DNA of 44,466 nt from Bacteroidota bacterium (GTDB lineage: Bacteria > Bacteroidota > Bacteroidia > Chitinophagales > BACL12): contig JAYSYX010000051.1 of NCBI GenBank assembly GCA_043727235.1, positions 1 to 44,466 of the forward strand, read 5' to 3'. How positions within the stretch are numbered: the first letter of the stretch is position 1; every line of letters begins with the position of its first letter. The notes under the pieces are model-generated. The model was not told the DNA's origin. It was given only the letters and a program-made list of their open reading frames with translations, and did not search any database. The position numbers and the translations under genes are program-made. This document shows positions 9,127-18,912 of this stretch, piece by piece.

Positions 9127-11069
9127 GGACGAAATATTTTTTTATAGGAATTTTCTCTCTTTATTTTATTGTGAATTCAAATGCGCAAACTTCACCTTTG
9201 CTTAATTTTGAACGCGATGTAATTAAATCGGAACAAAATGCCGCATCTGCAAAAATGACGGTATTTAATGCAGCGCCAACCGATAATTACGATGTAAAAT
9301 ATGTGCGTTGCGAGTGGAATCTTTCTCCTGATATACTTGCGATATCCGGAGCAATTACTACTTATTTTACAATATTGGAAAATAGTGATCTGATCTATTT
9401 TGATGCGAGTGATTCATTAATTGTTGACTCTGTTATTTATCACAACATTGGTCTGATATTTCAACACCAAAATAATGAAATTGAAATAGCACTCCCGGAA
9501 ACATTAACTGCGGGCGTTTTTGATTCTATTTGTGTTTATTACCATGGCATACCTGTATCATCCGGATTCGGTTCCTTCGAAATTACTCCGCATGAAACCG
9601 GGAATACTATTTGGACCTTATCAGAACCATACGGGGCAAGCGATTGGTGGCCATGTAAACAAACGATAACAGATAAGATAGATTCTGCCGACATATTCGT
9701 AACAACTCCTTCAGCATATAAATCGGGAGGTCCCGGTTTATTAATTAATGAAATTGTGGAAGGAGATAATACTACTTATCACTGGAGTACAAAATATCCT
9801 ATCGCAACTTATTTAATTGGTATAGCTGTAAGTAATTACGAAGTATATTCATTTTATGCCCCGCATCTTGAAGACTCACTTTTATTTTATAATTTAATTT
9901 ATCCGGAAACATACGAAACGGCTGTTCCTGGAATAGATATAATTGTGCCGTCCTTTGAATTATTTTCTGATATTTATTCCGATTACCCATACCCCGACGA
10001 AAAATACGGGCACATGCAATTTGGCTGGGGAGGAGGAATGGAACACCAGACAATGAGTTCAGTATCTAATTTTAATTATGAATTACTAGTGCATGAAATG
10101 GCACACCAGTGGTTTGGAAATAAAATTACATGCGGAACATGGAGAGATATCTGGTTAAATGAAGGATTTGCAACATATAGCACTTGGTTGAGTTTCGATT
10201 TTTCGGAGGATCCGAATAATTATTACGAAGCATGGCTGACAGGAACAAGAAGCACTATTGTTTCAAAACCCGACGGGTCTGTATGGGTGGAGGATACTAC
10301 TACTACAACCAGAATATTTGATGGAAGATTAACGTATTATAAAGGTGCCTGGATTTTACATATGCTTCGATGGGAATTAGGTGATTCTATATTTTTTAAA
10401 TCGATTAAAAATTATATTACCGATCCAGAATTGATATATGATTTTGCGGTTACGGATGATCTGAAGAAACATTTGGAATCTGAAGGAGATACTATACTCA
10501 CTGAATATTTTAATGATTGGTTTTACGGTCAGGGCTTCCCAACTTATTATTTATTATGGGATCAGGATGAAAATGATCAACTGAAAATTGCATTAAATCA
10601 AACCACATCAGACCCTTCAGTTGATTTCTATGAAATGAAAGTACCAATACGTATTTATGGAGAAAACGATTCGATGGATGCTGTTTTAGAGCATAAACAA
10701 ATTGGACAATTATTTCAGTTTAATGTTCCTTTCGAAATAACAGGAATTGTATTGGATCCCAATATCAGATTATTGCACGCAAATGATATTATTACACGAA
10801 CTGAATTACCGGAAGGCACCTTGCAATTGGTAGCCTATCCGAATCCTGCCGATACTGAATTAAATATTCAGATGTTCAACACTGCACTAACAGATTATAT
10901 GGCTATATTATATAATAATGCTTCTCAAATTGTGTACAGCGATTCTTATCGTCTGGATGGTTCGCGCGGTCTTATTAAAATTGATATTTCTGATCTTGCA
11001 CCAGGGCCTTATGTGTTATCGGTGAGGGATGATGAAAATGATATTGTAGTGAAAGTCATAATAAAATAG
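9123..11069 (+). CDS. M1 family aminopeptidase with T9SS type A C-terminal sorting domain
   Basis: Signal peptide; GGMEH exopeptidase motif; HEMAH..NEGFATY; YYKGAW; CTD YPNP..GPYVL..KVIIK. Confidence 0.92.
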   Translation: MRTKYFFIGIFSLYFIVNSNAQTSPLLNFERDVIKSEQNAASAKMTVFNAAPTDNYDVKYVRCEWNLSPDILAISGAITTYFTILENSDLIYFDASDSLIVDSVIYHNIGLIFQHQNNEIEIALPETLTAGVFDSICVYYHGIPVSSGFGSFEITPHETGNTIWTLSEPYGASDWWPCKQTITDKIDSADIFVTTPSAYKSGGPGLLINEIVEGDNTTYHWSTKYPIATYLIGIAVSNYEVYSFYAPHLEDSLLFYNLIYPETYETAVPGIDIIVPSFELFSDIYSDYPYPDEKYGHMQFGWGGGMEHQTMSSVSNFNYELLVHEMAHQWFGNKITCGTWRDIWLNEGFATYSTWLSFDFSEDPNNYYEAWLTGTRSTIVSKPDGSVWVEDTTTTTRIFDGRLTYYKGAWILHMLRWELGDSIFFKSIKNYITDPELIYDFAVTDDLKKHLESEGDTILTEYFNDWFYGQGFPTYYLLWDQDENDQLKIALNQTTSDPSVDFYEMKVPIRIYGENDSMDAVLEHKQIGQLFQFNVPFEITGIVLDPNIRLLHANDIITRTELPEGTLQLVAYPNPADTELNIQMFNTALTDYMAILYNNASQIVYSDSYRLDGSRGLIKIDISDLAPGPYVLSVRDDENDIVVKVIIK

Positions 11070-11100
11070 CAGATTTTCTTAATTTCCGGATTTAAATTCT

Positions 11101-12393
11101 TTAAAAGGCATATTTCAAATGTACCGAAAATGCATCCTGAAATCCCTTAACACTTTCTTCACCCGCAATGGTTAATGCACGATCATAAAGCACCTCCAAA
11201 TAATATTTATTCATAAGAGTTACACCCCCACCTGCAATAAAAGAAACATGAAAATTATTTTTGTCAATTTCATTTTCCAGCGTGTAATTTTCAATTGTAT
11301 GGATATAGATATTCTCCTCCATTATTTCCTGAGTGTTATCATTGGTTATAGAATAGGTACCTCCAAAACCAATTTTGAAATAGGGTTTATATTTGGGAGT
11401 GTTCATTTGAACTTTAAGGGCCGTGGTTAATAATGCATCTAAAATGTCGAAATTTATTTCTTCTTCCCTATAAAAAGACCCTGACGTGTAGGCGGCGAAT
11501 CCGTTTGAACTGAATTTATTAAAAATCAATTCAGTATTCAACCAAAGTGTTTGTCGTCGGCCTTCAAAGTCAATATCGTAAAATAAGCCGGCATTATATC
11601 CATTTCCATAACTATATTCAGCACGACCATAACCTGGACCACTGTCGCCTGTAGTGAATGTAATTTTTGTTATGGAAACTCCAAGCATTAAACCAAGATA
11701 TTTTTGAGTTTTTGGTTTAATAAATTGATACGAAATTTCATTTGCTTCACATCCATTAAAATCTATTATTATCGAAGCGATCTCATTAGAAGTAAATCTG
11801 CAACGATCAATTTTTCCAAGTAGCTTCGGACATCTTTTTGTTATCCTTGCCAATTGATTTTTATACTCCGCATTTTTAATTCCTGATTTAAGTTTTTCAT
11901 CGTAATAATAAATGTATAATAATTCCACTATGGAATCACCATATATCGCAAAAAAATGATTCTTTTCCTTTGCACTATAACTATATAAACTAATACCTTC
12001 TTCTGAGACTACAATTGCCTTAAGCGCAATGGTATCCTTTTCAAGTAACTGAACATATCCAAGACCCAATTTCCAAAGATCTACTGGTGTTTTATCAATT
12101 ATAACCTGGCGGCAGATATATTCCGTATTCTCTACCGAGACACTTTTTAATTTATGAGGAGTGAAAGTTTGTACAATACTCTCCCTTGATTTTTTAAATC
12201 TAAAAGTTTCAGGGCTGTCGGCCCAATCTCTGAAATCAATTAGACCTTGTAAGGTATCATCCTGATTGGTGATGATAGTTCCGGGTACAAAATTTTCCTG
12301 AGCGTTCAACCAACCGTGAAGGAAAAGGATGATAAAAAGCAAACCAATTCGAAAATTATCCGGAGGAAGGATATTATTATTTTTGTGTTTCAT
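11101..12393 (-). CDS. Outer membrane beta-barrel domain protein
   Basis: Signal peptide ending LNA-Q; C-terminal half has alternating beta strands and ends in the YAF barrel signature. Confidence 0.65.
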   Translation of the reverse strand: MKHKNNNILPPDNFRIGLLFIILFLHGWLNAQENFVPGTIITNQDDTLQGLIDFRDWADSPETFRFKKSRESIVQTFTPHKLKSVSVENTEYICRQVIIDKTPVDLWKLGLGYVQLLEKDTIALKAIVVSEEGISLYSYSAKEKNHFFAIYGDSIVELLYIYYYDEKLKSGIKNAEYKNQLARITKRCPKLLGKIDRCRFTSNEIASIIIDFNGCEANEISYQFIKPKTQKYLGLMLGVSITKITFTTGDSGPGYGRAEYSYGNGYNAGLFYDIDFEGRRQTLWLNTELIFNKFSSNGFAAYTSGSFYREEEINFDILDALLTTALKVQMNTPKYKPYFKIGFGGTYSITNDNTQEIMEENIYIHTIENYTLENEIDKNNFHVSFIAGGGVTLMNKYYLEVLYDRALTIAGEESVKGFQDAFSVHLKYAF

Positions 12394-12396
12394 TTT

Positions 12397-12409
12397 TGCT
12401 AAATTAGCA
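12397..12409. promoter_or_regulatory. Palindrome holding back-to-back -7-like boxes
   Basis: TGCTAA-A-TTAGCA inside a 27-bp divergent gap; TAAATTAG on plus, TAATTTAG on minus. Confidence 0.5.
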
Positions 12410-12420
12410 CAAAAATAAAC

Positions 12421-13599
12421 ATGAAAAAAATACTATTGCTGGGAAGTGGTGAATTGGGAAAGGAGTTCGTAATTGCTTGTAAACGTTTAGGCCATTACGT
12501 TATAGCAGTGGATTCCTATAACGATGCTCCCGCACAACAAGTTGCTGACGAAAGAGAAGTAATAAATATGTTGGATGGAGATGCGTTGGATGCAATTGTA
12601 AAAAAACATAGTCCCGATATTATAGTTCCTGAAATTGAGGCAATAAGAACGGAACGATTTTATGAATATGAAAAATGGAATATTCAGGTTGTTCCAAGTG
12701 CGCGGGCGGCAAATTTCACTATGAACAGAAAAGCTATAAGGGATCTTGCTGCGAAAGAATTGGGAGTTAAAACTGCAAAATATGCTTATGCAACAAGTTT
12801 GAAGGAATTAAAAAATGCTGTTGAAGAAATTGGAATTCCATGTGTAATAAAACCATTAATGAGTTCAAGTGGTAAAGGACAATCTACCATTAAATCAGAA
12901 TCGAATATTGAAAAAAGCTGGAATTATTCGCAGGAAGCAAAACGGGGCGATATTGCAGAGGTGATAGTGGAAGAATTTATTTCATTTGATTCAGAAATTA
13001 CTTTATTAACCGTGACACAAAAAAATGGAGAGACTTTATTTTGTGCGCCAATAGGACATCGACAAGAACGGGGTGATTATCAGGAAAGTTGGCAACCGGC
13101 ATTAATTTCTCCGGAACATATTAAAGAAGCACAGGAAATTGCAAAAAAAGTTACAGAAGCATTAACCGGTGCCGGCATATGGGGAGTGGAATTTTTTCTT
13201 AGTGCAAAAAAAGGTGTTTATTTTTCAGAGTTGAGTCCGCGCCCGCACGATACCGGAATGGTTACACTTGCAGGCACACAAAATTTAAATGAATTTGAAT
13301 TACATGCGCGGGCTGTGTTAGGATTGCCCATACCGGTAATTGAATTAATAAAAATTGGGGCAAGTGCGGTAATTCTTGCAGAGGAAGAGATGGAAAAGTT
13401 TACTTTTGAAGGCATTGAAAATGTGTTACAAACTTCGCAAACAGATATCCGTATCTTCGGTAAGCCTACAACAAGAAAATACAGACGAATGGGGGTAGTG
13501 GTGGTAAATGATAATATTGGTGGAGACGTGGATCAGGTAAAAGAAAAGGCGATGGCTTTAGCGAAATTAGTACGCTTAAAAAAAATAGATTACATTTGA
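12421..13599 (+). CDS. purT: Formate-dependent phosphoribosylglycinamide formyltransferase
   Basis: [46 protein letters not shown]. Confidence 0.97.
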   Translation: MKKILLLGSGELGKEFVIACKRLGHYVIAVDSYNDAPAQQVADEREVINMLDGDALDAIVKKHSPDIIVPEIEAIRTERFYEYEKWNIQVVPSARAANFTMNRKAIRDLAAKELGVKTAKYAYATSLKELKNAVEEIGIPCVIKPLMSSSGKGQSTIKSESNIEKSWNYSQEAKRGDIAEVIVEEFISFDSEITLLTVTQKNGETLFCAPIGHRQERGDYQESWQPALISPEHIKEAQEIAKKVTEALTGAGIWGVEFFLSAKKGVYFSELSPRPHDTGMVTLAGTQNLNEFELHARAVLGLPIPVIELIKIGASAVILAEEEMEKFTFEGIENVLQTSQTDIRIFGKPTTRKYRRMGVVVVNDNIGGDVDQVKEKAMALAKLVRLKKIDYI

Positions 13600-13625
13600 T
13601 TTATTAACCTTTTAAAAATATAATT

Positions 13626-14120
13626 ATGATCACATTAGAACAATATGCCGACCTCTGTGTAATGATGAGCGACACAGCCGGAGATGAATCCAAAGAAATT
13701 GCCATTGCTGAATCAAATGGAGTAAGCGCAGCTGAATGGCTCGAATCAAAAAAAGGATATACAGTTAAAATGAGTGATCCCGCCGACATGGGAAAAACAG
13801 CAGTTGCCTTTATGCCATTATATCAAGCAGCCCTCGACAAAAAACGCGGAGGTGGTGAACCATGTACTTTAGAATTATACACCAAGATACACGCAGAAAT
13901 GGCATTCAGAAAAGATGCGAACGACAACACAAAACAAATCGATTACAACATCGTTTTAGCCGAAAATGGTTTCACCCACCAAACCTGGCTTGAATGTGAA
14001 AGTTACTGGACCCCTCGTGTAGGTGCCGACACTGAACCAAAATATATTCCTGAACTTGGCGCAAAATTCAGAGTTTTAATGCAGCAGGAGAGTGATAGGA
14101 TTTTTGGGATTGTGAGGTGA
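13626..14120 (+). CDS. Hypothetical protein made of two tandem helical repeats
   Basis: 164-aa ORF with ATG in A/T-rich context; internal duplication ITLEQY..AESNGVSAAEWLE versus CTLELY..AENGFTHQTWLE. Confidence 0.8.
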   Translation: MITLEQYADLCVMMSDTAGDESKEIAIAESNGVSAAEWLESKKGYTVKMSDPADMGKTAVAFMPLYQAALDKKRGGGEPCTLELYTKIHAEMAFRKDANDNTKQIDYNIVLAENGFTHQTWLECESYWTPRVGADTEPKYIPELGAKFRVLMQQESDRIFGIVR

Positions 14121-14220
14121 GGGGTTAAATAGTGACCTATAGTTGTAGTTCATTATTATAATTTAGCATCAATTCTATCCGAATTGACTTAAAAAGTAAT
14201 ATTAACATTTAATTGCATTC

Positions 14221-14976
14221 ATGAAATTAGTCTTCGTTGTTAGTTTTTTCGCACTATTATTTTTCAATTGCAGCGGCGGGAAAAAAGAGAATATTAAACA
14301 AATCCAAATTGAATTAAATAATTTGATTTCAATTCAGGCTTTTAACAGCATGATGGAAACGAAAATTGGGGGAGACACATTAACTATAATTTTATGGGAT
14401 ACATCAAGCTTGTTTTATACTCCATTTGCAGAATTAAAATCGGCGTATATTTTTTTGAGCATATATAATTATACGAAAGACTTCGTTGTTGTATCCCTTA
14501 TACATAAAATTATCAACGATAAAGAATATATTAAAAATTATAAAACTCCGGAATATAGAAAATGGTTTAAAAAAAGTGAAATGGACACCTTTATAAATGA
14601 GGCCTTTCTTAAAAACCCAAAATTTGAATCCTTCTCAAACTATATGCTTAATAATATTACTTTGTACGATTTTTTAGAACTTGATGCAACAAACGAAAGA
14701 AATTCTAAATATTTAGTTGGGTATGAAAAGACTGGAAGTATTACTGACCTAGTTTTTGAATATGCATCCTTGGATTGTGCTACATCTGATCCTATGCCAA
14801 GTGCATATTCAAAATTAAGAATGATTGGCTTGATAAAAAGTGCGGATACTTCAAATGTGACTACAAATTTTATTAATTATTTAATGTTATCTTGTAATTA
14901 TCCGAAACTTGATCCAACAGAATATCCACCATTTAAACCTAATGACGAATATTTGGATCAATTTAGAAATAAGTGA
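14221..14976 (+). CDS. Hypothetical lipoprotein
   Basis: 251-aa ORF; short signal peptide with FFNC lipobox-like site; no recognisable motif. Confidence 0.65.
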   Translation: MKLVFVVSFFALLFFNCSGGKKENIKQIQIELNNLISIQAFNSMMETKIGGDTLTIILWDTSSLFYTPFAELKSAYIFLSIYNYTKDFVVVSLIHKIINDKEYIKNYKTPEYRKWFKKSEMDTFINEAFLKNPKFESFSNYMLNNITLYDFLELDATNERNSKYLVGYEKTGSITDLVFEYASLDCATSDPMPSAYSKLRMIGLIKSADTSNVTTNFINYLMLSCNYPKLDPTEYPPFKPNDEYLDQFRNK

Positions 14977-15052
14977 AATTCATTTTCGGAAGAAAAGTTT
15001 GAATCTTGAATGTCCTAGCTGGGTTCTTGCCACCCATAAAAATAATTAATCA

Positions 15053-15151
15053 GGCAAAACCCTGCGATGGTTAATTCCCACTCATTGTCGCAGGGTTTTG
15101 TCGGTATAAAATTAAAAGTGAAAAGAACCCTGCTGGGACTTCGGTGGGAAT
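15053..15151. other. Structured element with two mutually exclusive folds
   Basis: 13-bp stem 15055-15067/15088-15100; competing pairings 15090-15097/15126-15133 and 15074-15081/15144-15151. Confidence 0.6.
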
Positions 15152-15208
15152 ATGCTTTAATCTTCGAGTTTAAATCAGTTTAAATATATGTTCCCTTTTA
15201 ATACCAAT

Positions 15209-15236
15209 AAAAAAAGCAAGTCTCTCAACTTGCTTT
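15209..15236 (-). terminator. Intrinsic terminator after accC
   Basis: Minus strand AAAGCAAGTT-GAGA-GACTTGCTTT running into a 7-T tract. Confidence 0.8.
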
Positions 15237-15258
15237 CAAATAATAATAAATTTATTTA

Positions 15259-16605
15259 TTATTCCAGATCACTTAAATCAAATCCATTCATAAAACTCGT
15301 ATCAAATACCCCGGCCCTGAATTTTGGATCGCGCATGAGTTTTTTGTGGAAGGGGATGGTGGTTTTAATTCCCTCAACAATAAATTCATCTAAGGCTCTT
15401 TGCATTTTTGCGATCACTTCTTCGCGTGTTCGCGCTTTGCAAATTAATTTAGCGATCATGCTGTCGTAATATGGTGGTATAGTATACCCTGCATACACAG
15501 CAGTATCTACGCGAACTCCATGCCCTTTCGGCGAATGAAAACTCGTTATTTTACCTGGACTCGGAGAAAAATTTCTCGTAGGGTCCTCCGCATTTATTCT
15601 GCATTCCATTGCGTGTAATAATGGAAAATAATTTTTTCCTGAAATTTTTTCTCCTGTTGCAATTTTTATTTGTTCTTTAATAAGATCAAAATCAACAACT
15701 TCTTCTGTTACGGTATGTTCCACCTGAATACGGGTATTCATTTCCATAAAATAAAAATTCTTGTGTTTGTCTACAAGAAATTCTATGGTTCCCACACCTT
15801 CATATTTAATACTCTCCGCAGCTTTTACTGCTGCATCACCCATTTTTCTTCTCAATTTATCATCCAGAAAAGGGGAGGGGCTTTCTTCCACTAATTTTTG
15901 ATGTCTTCTTTGAATAGAACAATCGCGTTCACTTAAATGACATGCTCTTCCATATTGATCACCAGCTACCTGAATTTCAATATGTCGCGGTTCCTCAATA
16001 TATTTTTCCATATACAGACCATCATTATTAAATGACGCCTTAGCTTCCATGCTTGCAGTATCAAATGCGCTTTCTACTTCATCTTCTTTCCAAACGATAC
16101 GCATGCCTTTTCCACCACCACCAGCGGTTGCTTTCATTATAACTGGGTATCCGATCTTTTTAGCTAATTTTTTAGCTTCAGCAACATCTTTTAATAAACC
16201 TTCACTTCCCGGAATTACAGGAACACCTGCTTTTTTCATGGTTTCTTTAGCTGTGATCTTATCACCCATTTTGCGGATCTGATCAGCAGTAGGTCCAATG
16301 AATTTAATTCCGTATTTGGTACAGATCTCCGAAAATGTCGCATTCTCACTTAAAAAACCATATCCTGGATGTATCGCATCTGCATTGGTAATTTCTGCAG
16401 CTGCCATAATTTTCGGTATACTTAAATATGATTCTTTTGAAGATGGAGGACCTATACAAACTGCTTCATCAGCAAAACGCACAGGCAAACTTTCTTTATC
16501 GGCAGTGGAATAAACAGCAACGGTTTTAATTCCCATTTCTTTTGCTGTTCTAATAACCCTTAAAGCTATTTCGCCGCGATTTGCTATCAGTATTTTTTTG
16601 AACAT
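15259..16605 (-). CDS. accC: Acetyl-CoA carboxylase, biotin carboxylase subunit
   Basis: [49 protein letters not shown]. Confidence 0.98.
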   Translation of the reverse strand: MFKKILIANRGEIALRVIRTAKEMGIKTVAVYSTADKESLPVRFADEAVCIGPPSSKESYLSIPKIMAAAEITNADAIHPGYGFLSENATFSEICTKYGIKFIGPTADQIRKMGDKITAKETMKKAGVPVIPGSEGLLKDVAEAKKLAKKIGYPVIMKATAGGGGKGMRIVWKEDEVESAFDTASMEAKASFNNDGLYMEKYIEEPRHIEIQVAGDQYGRACHLSERDCSIQRRHQKLVEESPSPFLDDKLRRKMGDAAVKAAESIKYEGVGTIEFLVDKHKNFYFMEMNTRIQVEHTVTEEVVDFDLIKEQIKIATGEKISGKNYFPLLHAMECRINAEDPTRNFSPSPGKITSFHSPKGHGVRVDTAVYAGYTIPPYYDSMIAKLICKARTREEVIAKMQRALDEFIVEGIKTTIPFHKKLMRDPKFRAGVFDTSFMNGFDLSDLE

Positions 16606-16617
16606 TTTATTTTAAAT

Positions 16618-16649
16618 ATCTAATGTACAAATTTGCCAATGTGCAAATT
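16618..16649. repeat. Octamer tandem array, 4 units (16-bp super-period), between accB and accC
   Basis: ATCTAATG-TACAAATT-TGCCAATG-TGCAAATT. Confidence 0.6.
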
Positions 16650-16673
16650 CAAAGTGTGTAATAAAAGAATAGA

Positions 16674-17165
16674 TTATTTAGTCTCAATTAAAAACAGTGG
16701 CTGATCATATTCCACCGGACTTGCATCATCAATAAGAATTTTAATGATCTTGCCTGAAACTTCACTTTCAATTTCGTTGAATAATTTCATCGCCTCAATA
16801 ATGCATAACTTTGAACCAACGGAAATTTCATCTCCAACCTTTACAAAAACATCCTTATCAGGACCGGCAGAACGATAAAATGTTCCAACAATTGGTGATT
16901 TAATTGTGATAGTATTTTCTGCTGCAATAGCTTCAGATTTTGATTCTTCTGACGCACTTTGAGCAGTTTTATCAGCAACTATTTGTTGCGGTTGCGCAAC
17001 TTGTTGCATTTGTGGTTGTTGCATCATCATCGGAACTTGCATAACTCCTGAAGAAGCTAATGCGGTTTTAATTTTAATGCGAAAATCCTGATTTTCGATA
17101 GTCAGTTCAGCGATGTTATTTTTATTAACCATCCTGATTAACTCCTGAATTTCTTTAAAGTCCAT
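16674..17165 (-). CDS. accB: Biotin carboxyl carrier protein
   Basis: [20 protein letters not shown] biotinylation motif, PVEYDQPLF. Confidence 0.98.
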   Translation of the reverse strand: MDFKEIQELIRMVNKNNIAELTIENQDFRIKIKTALASSGVMQVPMMMQQPQMQQVAQPQQIVADKTAQSASEESKSEAIAAENTITIKSPIVGTFYRSAGPDKDVFVKVGDEISVGSKLCIIEAMKLFNEIESEVSGKIIKILIDDASPVEYDQPLFLIETK

Positions 17166-17172
17166 AAAAAGG

Positions 17173-17736
17173 TTATTTTACACGTTCAACATATTCAAAT
17201 GACCGGGTGTCAATTTTAATTACATCACCCGAATTAACAAACATAGGCACCATAATATTGGCACCTGTTTCCAGCGTGGCATTTTTAAATGCATTTGTCG
17301 CTGTATTACCTTTTACACTCTGCTCTGCAAAAGTAACTTCTAAAACGATATGGGCAGGCAACTCACAGAACAAGGGTTTCTCCGTTTCTGCATGAAATAA
17401 AATATCTATTTCCTGACCTTCTTTAAAAAATTCTTTTCCTTCCACCATAGCTTCATCTAATGTAACCTGGTCGAAAGTTTCCTGATTCATAAAGCTATAA
17501 CCGGTCTCGTCTTTATATAAATATTGAAAAGTGCGGCGTTCTACTCTAACAGTATTAATTGTTGCACCTGATGGAAATGTATTTTCCAAAACCTTGCCTG
17601 TAGTTAAACTTTTGATCTTCGTGCGCACAAAGGCATTACCCTTTCCCGGTTTCACATGCTGAAAATCAACAACCTGCCAAACATCATTATTAAAATCGAT
17701 GCAAAGCCCTTTTCGTATATCTGCTGTATTTGCCAT
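17173..17736 (-). CDS. efp: Elongation factor P
   Basis: [12 protein letters not shown] loop, KGNTAT, ATLETG, VPMFV..IDTR. Confidence 0.98.
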   Translation of the reverse strand: MANTADIRKGLCIDFNNDVWQVVDFQHVKPGKGNAFVRTKIKSLTTGKVLENTFPSGATINTVRVERRTFQYLYKDETGYSFMNQETFDQVTLDEAMVEGKEFFKEGQEIDILFHAETEKPLFCELPAHIVLEVTFAEQSVKGNTATNAFKNATLETGANIMVPMFVNSGDVIKIDTRSFEYVERVK

Positions 17737-17789
17737 TTTTAGTTAAGTATTGTTCTGATAGTTAAATCAGGATATTCGTTAATTTCGTT

Positions 17790-17831
17790 AGTTAATAGTC
17801 ATTAGTCAGGAGTCAATGGTAAAGGGTAACC
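17790..17831. repeat. Degenerate heptamer array, about 6 units
   Basis: AGTTAAT-AGTCATT-AGTCAGG-AGTCAAT-GGTAAAG-GGTAACC. Confidence 0.65.
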
Positions 17832-17873
17832 CAAATTGTCAATTATCAATTATCAATTGTCAATTGTCAATTT
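17832..17873. repeat. Heptamer array, 6 units, overlapping the fabH stop codon
   Basis: CAAATTG-TCAATTA-TCAATTA-TCAATTG-TCAATTG-TCAATTT. Confidence 0.9.
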
Positions 17874-18861
17874 CATAGGCCCACTTGATCAAAGTTGCTC
17901 CCCATGTAAATCCTCCTCCAAATGCTGCCAACACAATATTATCGCCCTTCTTCAATTTCGGTTCCCATTCCCATAAGCACAAGGGCAAAGTTCCTGCCGT
18001 TGTATTTCCATATTTTTCAATATTGATCATCACTTTTTCTTTGGGCAATCCCATACGATTGGCGGTTGCATCAATAATTCTCAAATTTGCCTGATGGGGA
18101 ACCAGCCAGGCTATATCTTCACTAACTAAATTATTTCGTTTCATTATCTCTTCCGAAACATCCGCCATATTCTTCACAGCGAATTTGAATACCGTCTTTC
18201 CTTCCTGATAAACAGTGTGTTCGTTGCTGTCAACGGTTTCGTGACTTGCAGGTTTTAGTGATCCACCTGCCTTTTGATGTAAAAAATGACGGCCCGAACC
18301 ATCTGATCTTAATATAGAATCCACAATACCTGTTCCATCTTCACTGGGTTCAAGCAATACAGCACCGGCTCCATCACCAAAAATAACACAGGTAGTTCGG
18401 TCGTTGTAATTAATAATTGAAGACATTTTATCTGCCCCTACAATTACAACTCTTTTATAAGTACCGGTTTCAATAAATTTTGCACCTGTAGTGAGTGCAT
18501 ATAAAAAACCACTGCAAGCAGCACTTATATCATAACTTAAAATATGATTACAACCCAGTTTATCACATACAATATTTGCTGTTGCGGGAAAGGCCATATC
18601 GGGAGTAGTAGTTGCCACGATAAGCATTTCGATGTCAGTGGCCTTTAACCCTTTTTTATCCAGTAAGCCCTTTACGGCTTCCACTGCCATATCGCTGGTA
18701 GCTAAACCATCACCCTTTAAGATCCGGCGTTCCTTGATACCGGTTCTCGACATTATCCACTCGTCAGATGTGTCTACCATTTTCTCGAGTTCGGCGTTGG
18801 TGAGCCTGTATTCAGGAACATAACCGTAGACACCGGTTATAGCTGCAAGTGGTTTATTCAT
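17860..18861 (-). CDS. fabH: Beta-ketoacyl-ACP synthase III
   Basis: DTSDEWI..RTGI, AACSGF (catalytic Cys), [27 protein letters not shown]. Confidence 0.98.
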   Translation of the reverse strand: MNKPLAAITGVYGYVPEYRLTNAELEKMVDTSDEWIMSRTGIKERRILKGDGLATSDMAVEAVKGLLDKKGLKATDIEMLIVATTTPDMAFPATANIVCDKLGCNHILSYDISAACSGFLYALTTGAKFIETGTYKRVVIVGADKMSSIINYNDRTTCVIFGDGAGAVLLEPSEDGTGIVDSILRSDGSGRHFLHQKAGGSLKPASHETVDSNEHTVYQEGKTVFKFAVKNMADVSEEIMKRNNLVSEDIAWLVPHQANLRIIDATANRMGLPKEKVMINIEKYGNTTAGTLPLCLWEWEPKLKKGDNIVLAAFGGGFTWGATLIKWAYEIDN

Positions 18862-18884
18862 GCCTGTAGTTGGTTTTACTAAAA

Positions 18885-18908
18885 ATTTACCCCGAAGTTC
18901 GGGGAATT
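18885..18908 (-). terminator. Weak terminator-like hairpin between rpmF and fabH
   Basis: Minus strand CCCCGA-ACT-TCGGGG followed by TAAATTTTT. Confidence 0.45.
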
Positions 18909-18912
18909 ATGA

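Noticed and set aside
15188-15469. 93-aa plus-strand ORF
   Set aside because: Antisense shadow of accC that runs through its terminator.
16980-17045. Gln/Met-rich linker in AccB
   Set aside because: BCCP linkers are normally low-complexity and variable.
17790-17873. CRISPR array
   Set aside because: Units are 7 bp with no spacers and no cas genes.
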